Shown: positions 24,791 through 35,600 of the stretch, piece by piece
Layout of the letters: each line of letters starts with the position of its first letter
Numbering within the stretch: position 1 is the first letter of the stretch
From: Pelomyxa schiedti
Lineage: Eukaryota; Protista; Evosea
NCBI GenBank assembly: GCA_020536535.1
Contig: JAHLWZ010000860.1
Coordinates: 6,247-70,246, forward strand
Reading direction: 5' to 3'
DNA: 64,000 bases
The notes under the pieces: generated by a model
Databases searched by the model: none
What the model was told of the DNA's origin: nothing
Seen by the model: only the letters and a program-made list of their open reading frames with translations
Position numbers and translations under genes: made by a program

Positions 24791-26799
24791 CACCACTAAT
24801 ATGCGTAATAATTTTGGCCAGACAGTCTACAGCCAAAAGATATCTTTTACCTTTTGATTGAAACCCATAATGTCGGGTCGCCAAAATTACGCAAAGGACT
24901 TAAGACAAGGAGAATCAGCGGGTTTGGGGAGCCAGTTCCACTTTGTACAAAGCGCAACCTAATCCCCTGCCAGCGTTGGCCCAGCGACTTACATTGTGTA
25001 CGTCCAGCGGTCAACAACGGGTTTTTTGTAGTTTTGGGGTAAATGTTTTGCTGGATCCAGACACGGATCCAGACACTCCATGTTTCTTTTCCTCATGAGA
25101 ATTGGTATCTGGATTTAAGAAGGGCAAGGTCATGGGTACCACGTATCAATGGAGAAGCTGAGGCTTATAAATACCAACATGCTCCAAGATGAAAAGAACC
25201 TGTGGAGTGCGTGCATTCACTATGAAAGAGTAAATATGTTCCCCTTTTAGCCTGGTAAAACGATAGTATTAGACTATCGTTTTAGCTGTTCAACTGAGAA
25301 ATACAGATACAACTTCTGTGTTTGATTCAGGTTAGTGTGGATGGGACTGAAAGTGAAATGTATTCTTGCTCAGTCATCTTTATTTAGGACCAACTTGGTG
25401 CCACGTTAAAAGTACAGGATGGGATCCGATTCAGTGTGTCCCGGTTGCACTGATGTGACATCATAACGAGGCCCGTCAGCTGAGTAGAGTTTGCTCCAGA
25501 TCCGAATATGCAGGCACGTGTCACCAACATTAACTTTGATAAAGTAGTTGACACCAGCAACGACCTTGCGAAAAAGTATTGCTTTGTTATAACGTCGGAA
25601 AAAGCAATGAAAAGTTACGCACCTGTGAGCGGAAGCTTATGGGCACATAGGTGTCATAGTGGGAGCCAGTTATTGCCTCGACGCGATCTTTCACAGAGAG
25701 AACGATAGCACTAACATCTTCGGTGCACTTGTAGGTTTTTCCCAGTCCACCAGCCATCATAGGCTACAACCAAAAAGTAAAAAAAAGAAAGAAAAAGAGC
25801 CCAACAACGCGTTGGTGCAACACCTCTTCATCCTCGTAGTCATCACAAGCCCACACAACGCCGACGCATACAACGACAACTATAACAACAACAGCCGCAA
25901 CGGTTTTCCACCACTTTCCCAACATTTTTCGGGCACAGTGATTGTTCTCATTGCTTCGCCAGGGGAAAAAAGGGGTTCATCAAAAGAGTTTGGTGTTGTG
26001 GGCCTACAGCCAGCTTGCGATGACGCCCTCCATTAGGAACTCCATCTTGTCGGCATGAAGCTTGACTATTTGCTTATCTGGGCAATGGACAATGGCGTGG
26101 GCATACTTGTCCGAAATGGTGGGAGCTTCGAATAGAAGGGGTGGTTCGACTGCCTTCGAGGTCAATGCTTTCCTCGATTTGCTCCCTTTGTGCAATCTTC
26201 GTTTCAATTTACACACATAACACACTAAAGTATCTTTGCAACAGCTCAGAGTCCAATCTTTTTTTTTTTTCCCCCCAGCTCCCACTGCGCACTGGCCCGG
26301 ATGGTTCAGAGTCGAATTCTTTTTTTTTTTTTCCCCCCCTTTCCCCCAACTCAAAGGCAAGTCGAAAGGGGTGTGTTACTGTTGATTTTTTTGTGGGTCA
26401 CGGGTGTATGGTATGGTTGGTGACACATGGTAGTACACAGGGTGAGGACCATGACAAAGTACTGACAGTGAAAGTCAATAAAACATAGCGCAAAAAAAAA
26501 GGGGTTGGGTTGAAGAACCTAGCTCAGTGGGACTCACTCCGGCGCGTCGACCATCGGTGGCAACGTGTTGGTTTGGGAGTGGTATTCTCTAGCGGTGAGG
26601 GATAGCTCCACAGATAAAAGTGACCAGTCGAAGGCTCAGGACCAAATTCAAAGAGAATGTGCATCAAATGTGCAGCCACTGTGCTTGTGGTACGGCAGTA
26701 ATTTACAATCCAGCTGTGCCGTTGTGAGGATGCCCCAATCTCTCAGAAACGAATACACAGTTAACACGAAGAAGAGTTAAGTTTCTTTCGAAGGTTTTT

Positions 26800-27801
26800 T
26801 TAGATCAAATCGTTGAGTTTGCTCTGTATGGTGGATAGACACTCAGATCTCTCCATCAGTCTCCCCTGCACAACAATCGGGCCAGCCATTGCACCCTCAG
26901 CCATCGGCCCGGCCGTGTACATCGTAGTGCGCCGGGATTCAAAGTCGCGGACAAGCAGGAATGCCAATCTGATGTCTCCCCAGTTCGTGGTCCCTTCCCT
27001 GAGCCACTGCGCCGCGGCTAAAATTGCTGCGGTGCGTTGCGGTGTGTTGCGGTACAGTTCGGCGTAGCTTGAGGCCATTTTGACGGCGGTCCCGTCTTTT
27101 AGCTTCACCAGGTGCTCGCGCCTGCCGTACGTGGCCAGGAACTGGGGCTCGGCAGTGGAGTCGACGTCCATAAGGCACCACTGCTCGAGGTATTCCCTGG
27201 TCAGCCCACAATCCTGGACCCACTGGTTGTAGATTGCCACAAAAGGGGGCGTCGCGCCCTCCTTGAGGCAGCAGCACAGGTCCACAGCGAAGCCAAAAAG
27301 CATGAGCCTCAGCGACCTTTTGTCCACCTCGAGGCCCGCCTCGGTCATCAGCTTCCACATAAGGTAAGAAGCAGATGGAGCCTCAGGGACGAAAAGCTTG
27401 ATCCTCAGAACGGGGTCGTTGGGCTCGCAGCACCCTCGCCTGTGGTGGTCGACGACTCCCACAATAGACTTTACCCTGGGCTCGTTGGTCCCGAAGCTCT
27501 CGCACGGCATCCCGTGGTCCACCAAAAACACCCTCGACCCAGCCAGATCGGCGGGACTCGCGCTCTGAGGGTACTCGTCCTCCCTGAGGCCCGATTCGCG
27601 GAGCACCTTGAGGGTCCATTGGTCGGGCCCCGAGCCGAAATAGACGCCTCGTGCGGCGACGTGGTGACACTCGGCAAGGTATTTCACCGCCAAGAATGTG
27701 CTGATGAACGAATCCACGTCGGGGCACGAATGACCCACAACCACAACGCTCTCATCGGTTCGATCCATTTCCGTTGATCTTTTGGGTTCTTGGAAGCGCA
27801 T
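26800..27801 (-). CDS. DHH-family phosphoesterase resembling Mn-dependent family II inorganic pyrophosphatase (PpaC-like); intronless
   Basis: GHSCPDVDS, LVDH and VVDHH motifs, SAS helix, C-terminal DHHA2-sized domain; single 333-aa ORF. Confidence 0.8.
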   Translation of the reverse strand: MRFQEPKRSTEMDRTDESVVVVGHSCPDVDSFISTFLAVKYLAECHHVAARGVYFGSGPDQWTLKVLRESGLREDEYPQSASPADLAGSRVFLVDHGMPCESFGTNEPRVKSIVGVVDHHRRGCCEPNDPVLRIKLFVPEAPSASYLMWKLMTEAGLEVDKRSLRLMLFGFAVDLCCCLKEGATPPFVAIYNQWVQDCGLTREYLEQWCLMDVDSTAEPQFLATYGRREHLVKLKDGTAVKMASSYAELYRNTPQRTAAILAAAQWLREGTTNWGDIRLAFLLVRDFESRRTTMYTAGPMAEGAMAGPIVVQGRLMERSECLSTIQSKLNDLI

Positions 27802-27863
27802 TACTTTGAAAAAAACTTCATTTAAAATTTTTGTTCCAGTGAGTCTATCAAGGGAGGGGATTC

Positions 27864-29550
27864 TTACTCCTCTTCCTCTTCGTCACCTTTCTCGCCCTCT
27901 CCCGGCTCCTCGTCTTCCCCAATTTCATCCTCACCTTCCTCCCCCTCGTCCAGTTCCTCTTCTTCATCTTCGTCTTCGTCTTCCTCTTCCTCTTCCTCTT
28001 CCTCTTCCTCTTCATCCTCATCCTCATCCTCATCCTCTTCCTCGCCGTCGTTGTCATCCTCAACCTCTTCCTCATCTTCGTCTTCGTCATCATCTTCATC
28101 TTCATCTTCATTTTCCTCATTGTCACTGTCATCCTCATTGCCATCATCCTGTGTGACATTAACAGAGAACAAACAGAAAGGAAGTTAGTTATACATCAGC
28201 ATTGTCATCATCCTCGTCACCGGGATCTTTTTCCCCAGTGAACCACTCAACGCTATTGGGACAAATCTCGTTGTAAATTTCAGTGCCCACTTCAAAGTCC
28301 TCAAGTACTGCCTTCTGCAGGTCCCACTCTTCCTTTTTTATTTTGAGTCTATGATGGGTGGAAAGGGTGAAAAAAAAAAAAATAAGTACCTCGTTTGTCA
28401 TGTCTTCGTCCTCGCGAAATTCGGGTGGTGTGAAGAAGCGAAAGAAAGACAGGCAGGGTCGCCACACTCTTTTTGTTCTTCGGTCCCTTTACAGATATAG
28501 GTGAGATGACGTAACTTACCAAAAAAACCTCACTTTGTTCTTACGAGTATTCTCCGACGGGTCATGTTCTTTCCTTTTGCCCAGGTGGGAGCTGTACTAA
28601 TTCCAATATTAGCTCTTGGCAAACTGCACAAAGCCTTACCCATCAGAGGTGTCTAAAACATCAAAACCTTCTTCGTTTTCGTGGATGTGGTATGTTCTGC
28701 TGAGTACCGTTTCAGAGAAGAACTCATTTGGTGCAAAATGGAAGTCAAGGCGGAATCCTGACTGAAATATCATTTATTATACCATTGATAGGCAGAAGAA
28801 GAAAGAATACCTGTACAACCGGTTTGTCTTCAAGAGTCCCGTGAACTCTAGGGAGAGGGTGGCCTCTAATGTCGATAAGGTGGATGAGGACTTGAGCATC
28901 ATCTTCGTTGAGCTCAGTCTTTCGACGCAAAATGGGATTATTTGCCAGTGCATTATACCAGAAAAGTGGGACTCCTTTCATTTCAGCACCAGGATGACCT
29001 GCCAAAAAGAGTAAGTTTTCAAAGCAAAGTCAAGGAAATAAATACCAGGGAAATCTTCGTTAGTTGTACAAAGGGTATGGCCAGTACACTCTTCCTCTGT
29101 CGGCTCTCGGGTGCCGGAAATCAAAGCCGTTCTCTGAGAGGAATAGTTAGACTCAGGTTTGTTAGAAGCAGAAACAAACTTGGTCATACAGCTGATCTAA
29201 GTAGGGTTGATATCTTTCCATCAGTGCAGCCACTTCCTCATTGTACTGCCTACGAAGAGCAAGATGGCCTCTCTTTTTTTTATTATTTGTTATGGCATGG
29301 CAGACATCAAAGAGTAGCACAAACCCGTAAACATTGCAGGGCGTGTATTCTTCGTTGGACAAACGGGTGCAACGAAGTCAAAAATTTAGCACGATCCGAG
29401 GGAGTACGCAGTGAGATCTCATCGACCAACTTGCCGGCAGGAGTCCCTAGCGATTTGTTTTTTAACAACGCTGTGCGTCAAAAAGGGTGATGAGCTGATA
29501 CTCTTTCTGGTCGATGTCGTTTCTGCCGCAGCTGACGCCGTGTCCATCAT
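27864..29550 (-). CDS. NAP1: Nucleosome assembly protein 1 (NAP family histone chaperone) with acidic tail
   Basis: KGVPLFWYNALAN, DAQVLIHLIDI, FRLDFHFAPNEFF..TVLSRTY, SFFRFFTPP, DFEVG..I...ICPNSVEWFTGE, and a D/E-rich C-terminus. Confidence 0.92.
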
Positions 29551-29625
29551 CGAGGATCAAGAAAATTAAGTACAAACGAGGGTATCGTTAATTTGATCTC
29601 GTGGCAATTGAATCACTCGTTTTTC

Positions 29626-32600
29626 CTACAAATTTTTTTTCCTCGGTTCCAAAACTGTGTTGTTGGTGAGCTCAACACGGGGCTCGGTGTGTGGAATGCC
29701 ACCAGGTGGCGGTGACGGTGTATAATTTTCGATGAAGCGGTGGATGTCCGTGACTCCCAGAAGCTGGACTGTTTCCACGTTGAATGACTGGCCATAGCAC
29801 AGCATGTGCAATTCCAGTGCGGTGACCTGACGTCCCAGAACGTCTGTTTTTGCACCTCCTTCGATCAATTTCCATATGCTTGTAGGCCGTGAATCCCTTT
29901 GAACGGCGAGGTGCAGTGCCGTGAAGCCATTTTCATTGTGCAGGTTCACAAAATCAACGTCGCCGCCTATACAACGAAGAACGTGCCCCACATGTTCGGG
30001 GCTGCAGAAAAGCGCCGCGAGGTGAAGCAATGTATTGCCGCAGGCGCCGGGTTGCCTGATCGCGGCTGCTCCCGACTTGAGGGCTGCGGTAAGCAGCCTG
30101 ATGAAGTTCTGCGTGGAGCCCCACACGATGTTGTAGTGCAACACTCGTGTACCGGAATTGTTGTCGGCTTGGCATTGGGCACCTTTCTCGCGCAGGTAGC
30201 AAACAACATCATAATGTCCGGAGATAAGAGCTTGGTCGAGGGGAGTGTTCCCGAGAGCGTTATTTTTGTTGATGTTCTTTCCGAGGATGCCCATTTCGTT
30301 CATTTTGGCACAAATGAATCTGACGAGAAGAAGATTCCCACTGTGACAAGCTGCATGCAATATAGTGCCAAAAAAACTTTCTTCTTCGAGGTTCCAGCCT
30401 GCACGGGGAAGAAGCCACTCAACCATCGCCAGATTGCCCTTGCGCGCACTCCGAAGTAGCGGTGTTGATCCATCTGGCGAGGAGGGCATCAGTGAGAAAC
30501 AACCACACAAAAGAAGAGAGAGAAGTGCTTGTGGTGGGCTTGTGGTTGCTGTTGTGCTTGTAGCAGAACGCACACCTTTTGCAGTTTGTGATACCGTGAG
30601 CCCCTGCGGGCTCTGGGTGAGCCACTTCACTGCTTCGATGTTTTCACTGTCCGCAACATAAAAAAGAGCCGAATTTCCCATTGCATCAGTTTCTGCAACT
30701 TGTGCGCCCTGCTCCACGAGCCACTTCATGGCGTCCAAGTTTCCACCCATTGCAGCGTACATCAGAGTCGTGAGTCCATCTTTGTGAGTGATTATTTTAG
30801 TTGTGTTTCCAAACAAGAAGGTAGCGTGGCAGACATACAGGGTTTTGATTTTCCAAGAACAGGCACTCCACTTGTTTTCATCTTGTTCAAGAGTTCAACT
30901 TTGCCACAGCCAGCTGCGAGCATGATGCAGTTGCACCCATCTCTGTTGGTATCTGTCATGGGTGCATGCATTTCATCCAACAACCACTGAACAATATCCA
31001 TGTGGCGGGAGGACAAAGCAGTCAACAGAACCGTGTTATATTTGTCGTCCCTTTCTGAGACTATGGCGCCATTAGTCAGCAGCCATGATAGAGAAGATAG
31101 GTTCCCAGTAAATGCAGCAACCAGAATTGGTGCGGCTCCGTCTCCTGTCAAACGTTGAATTGGGGCAAAAAGAAAACACGGTGTTACCTTTTGTGCGAGC
31201 AGTGAGGGGCACCTTTTGGCTCTTCAACCATTCAAGAACATGGGCATGTCCCCCTCCCGCTGCCTGATGTGCTGCATTCTCTCCCAGACTGTTGGTTTGT
31301 GTGATTTCGGCTCCTTTCTCGGCTAAATACTTCATCACATTCAAGTGGCCCCTTTGCGAAGCATAAAGAAATGCAGTGTTCCCGATGTCATTACTTTGGT
31401 TGATGTATTCCCACAGAGGACGCGAAAGTTTGGAAATGACCCACTTGATCATTGTCAGATTTCCACACCGAGCTGCCAGTAAAAATGGTGTGTTTCCATC
31501 TACAAAAATGGATTATTTCAACGGTTTCACACCAGAACAAAACAAAAACTGTTGTGTGGCATACTTCGTTTGCATGACACATCAAGTGATGCTCCCCGTG
31601 AGTGGAGAAGCTTCATGGTTGGGAGATCACCGATATCAACAGCCAGAAGAAAAGCTGTTTGGGACAAATTGTCTTTTTCATCAACACACACGCCATGTTT
31701 CAAAAAATATTCCACAGCATCAGCAGAAGATGATTTTGCTGCCTCTGCACGTCGATCCAGCAGCCAAAGCATCAGTGCAGTTTTTCCATCTGACAAATTG
31801 TGAAAATAAACGAATGTGACTCAGTTGTAGAGGCGTTACGTACCACTGGCTTTGGTTGTCATCGACGCTCCTTTGCTGTGAAGGTACTCAATCACAGCCA
31901 ATTGTCTCCCAATGGCAGCATGCAGCAATGCGGTTCGGTCAAAGGAATCTTTTTCTTCAATGTTGCAGGATTTCTCTTCCACCAACCACATCACAACGTT
32001 CAGTTGCCCTTTCCACGCTGCACACATCAAAGCTGTGACATTGAGGTTGTCTCTCTCTTCCAGTGTCGATCCATGCAAAAGAAGCCACGTGATCATTTCA
32101 AGCTGTCCAGCAGCACAAGCGAGAAGGAGTGCTGTTTTTCCATCTGTGAAATATGGGGATTAAGTGCGCCAAGTTAAGTGAACAATGGGTGAGTACCATG
32201 AGCCCGGACTGAAAGTGAAGCTCCCCTCTTGACAAGTAACTCCACAGTGGTCTGGTGCCCACCACACACTGCATGCGAGATGGCAGTTGCTCCGAAGTTG
32301 TCAACATCATCCACAGAATAGCCATTGTCCAGTAAAAGCCATACGGCCTCGGTGTGTCTATTCTTGGCAGCCAGCATCAATGCTGTGCAACCGTCCCTGT
32401 CCGTTGGTCGTCGTCCCGGGGAACAGCGTATTAGGCTGGCAAGCTCTGTGAGTTCACCAGCCTCTGCTGCCTTGAGGATGGCATGATTGGGTTCAAGATC
32501 CGTCAAGAGACTTGAGGATACGTGCCGAATAATTGTGCGCACAAATTCCATTGAAGTGTTATACCTGTTTGCCAAGCTGTAATCTCCAGAAATGGCAGCC

Positions 32601-35600
32601 CGGGAAATCTCTGAAAAATTTTTATGGTGTGTGCTGACTTGCAGTGTTTTTTTGAAACTTGTGCCCCGAAATGAAAAAATTACATTTACTGCACGTGAGC
32701 ATTCAATATGCAACTCTTGGAGTGATTCAATTGGCACACTAATGCGCAGGGTTTGAAGTTGCTCACAGCTCGTTATGTTTACCGAACTCAAAGCAGGATA
32801 TTTTTCGAGTAGATTGATAACTCTGAGAGATTGGCATCGTTCAATTGTTATTGTCTGAAGACGCTGAGATTGGCGAGGAAACGAACACTCGCACTGTGAG
32901 ACACACGATGCAATAACGGTCACTTTGACAAAATGGGGATTAATGGCCAGTATTTTAGTGAGAGGTATCTCTGCTGTGTAGTTCCTCAATTTCAGCTTTG
33001 GTTGTGTACTTGGACTCTTAGACATAAAACCCAAAACTTTTTTTTGCACCACTGGTGAAGTTTCTTGCCAAACAAGTTTGTTGGCGATTTTGAATTGTAA
33101 ACCACCATGCAGTTTCTCAAAAATATATGGATTTCCTTGGACAATCAAATCTTTAATGAGAGAAAGGATCCGGGAGTCTCTTTCAACTTCATGCAACAAC
33201 ATATTTTCATCCCTGAGGCTTGCACCCCCTCCACGCAACCTGAGAAAAGGTCCCCCATTTTTATCAGGTGGTATACGTGAAGAAAGCATCGAGCGAGTGG
33301 AAACACTGCTACTGTTGCCATGATAAAATTGTTCTCGTATCTTCTGGAATCTTAGTGCAGCAGAAGCAGTTTGGTGATCTTGGTGAAGGTCGATGTAAAA
33401 CTTGGAAGCAGATTCAGGCATGACGGACTCTAAAAGTTGCAGACCAGTCAAAGGGGGACCTGCCATTCGAATTATGGCTTGTAATGAGGACATTGATATA
33501 AAGAGATCATCAATCAAGCCAGGAGGGAGATAGAACAAGGCCAGACAGCCTTTTTGGTAATAACTCTGTGCTTCTTCTTTCACTGGGAGTTCTGTTGCAA
33601 TGGGTCTGGTCCACATCTCTCTTTCTTCTGGAGTGATATCCAATATTTTCCACATATTGTGAATCTTCTCCAAATCTTTCATCCAATCCTTCATGAGTGA
33701 CATTGGATTCAGGAGGAGAAACTCCTGCGATGCTGCAGAATCTATATAATTTCCTATCTGTGAGAGACAAAATATGACACTTTTCACCATCATCAACTTT
33801 TGAACGGATTTGAAACGTCCCTCAGTTCCAACATTAACTTCAGGAGGACTGAAAGCTCTGTCATTGTCAATCCCAACAAGTTTTCCTGTTCTCTCCTCAA
33901 AGATAAAGTTGTTTGGCTTCCCATCTTCTGGCATGGTGATGAGTCCCATGATCAACAGTTTCGTGAACATTTCACTTGGAAATGGGCGATCACTCTCTGT
34001 TGCAAGATAAGAGTCGAAGGTGGGACCTTGAATTTTCTCTGAAATCAAGACTGGATAAACCTCCTCAACAGGTGTTGGGGATAGTTTTCGAATTGTCAGT
34101 TTGCCAAAGACCGATTTTGCTGTTCCAAATCCAATGATGCGATCATGCAACAACGAGACTGCTTGTTCATACGCTGGAATCTCAGGGAAAAACTTGAAGT
34201 AAAACACCTGGTCCTCAATGTCCACAGGCTTCACAAGATGATTGTGAGATCGCACGTACACACTGTGTTCGAGTTCTTCTGCGATTTGATCAAGTTGAAG
34301 GCGATCTACAACCTTGGGATGAATATCTCCAGCAGCACCACCTGACAAACCAGCCAGAGCAAGTGTGTATTTATTTCCTCCTGATGATGTTTCTGATGCC
34401 TGAAATAGAAAACGAAGCTTTTCTTCAAAGTGCGCCCTTTCTTCAAAAGGGCCTGGCCTGAAACCATTGGGACTCGGAAACGATGACAAAACAGCTTGTG
34501 CCTTGTCCAGAGCAACCTTCGTTGCTTCATCTTTGGCCCTCTTCTTGCATTCGTTCCAAAAAGACACTTTGGTGCGATGGGGAAATGCACCATAAAAATG
34601 TTTCAGAGGAATGACATGAGGAGAATCAGATTCAACGGCACCACCGTCACTCAGAGAATCAAGAAAAACTTCGGCCAAGATTGGCAGAAATTTGAATTCA
34701 TCCGAAGGTATCGGCTCATAATCTGACTTGTTCAAGTCCTTGCATGTTTTCAGCTGTTCCAAGAACAGGTTGAAAGATGCCAAACTGTGAAGAATTACCG
34801 AATTTGGAGGCAACCACGCTGGCGGAGCTTCTGCAACTGATGGGAGATCCTTTGCAGTTGCAGGGGCAGGGGCGGGCACGGGCACAGGCACAGGTGCAGT
34901 TGCCGTTGAAGTTGCACCATTTTGGCACAACTTGAAAGAAGACAACCACTCTTTCCATCTCTTTTTCAGTTGTGTGAACTGTATGTCACTTTCAGAGGAC
35001 AAGTTGTACCGACAGAGTCCTTCAACCATGTTTTCACTGTCCGAGATAACCCGCGCAAGAAAATCGAGGTGGAATTGGTTCACAGGGGAGAAGTCAGGCT
35101 CTGGAGATGTCTCCATCATTTTTGACGTTCTGTCGATTGCGGCTTCCATCGAACTGTCTAAGAGCCCACGGATATAACACACTGCCCCATATTGTATCGG
35201 GAAGAAGTGTTTCATCATTCCAACAGTGTTCATTGCTCCCTTGATGATCGCCGATTGTTCAGGGGAAAAAGAGGAACGGGGAATGGGATCGTCGGGAAAC
35301 GGTGGAATTTTGGGGTTTTTGGCGAGAGAAACCTGAATCTCCAAAAGTTGTTGAAGGTGGCTTTGACACGATTGCAACAGAATCCAGGGGAAAGCAGAGC
35401 CTGCGGTGCCTGCCATGCTCTCGAATTTCTTCTTGTTTTGAAGGATATTGGTGAACAGATCCAGAGGGTGTGAAATATCTTCGAGGATGGGAAAGAAGAA
35501 CAGTTTCAAGCTGCTTGCCAGAGTGAGGAACAGGTTGCAGAGAGCTTTCAGGTACACGACTGCCGCTGGTGCTGCTGTTGCTGAGGCTGCGGGAGGATCA

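Noticed and set aside
26511-26600. tRNA gene
   Set aside because: Only an A-box-like match; no D-stem closure, anticodon arm, T-loop (GTTCRA) or acceptor stem.
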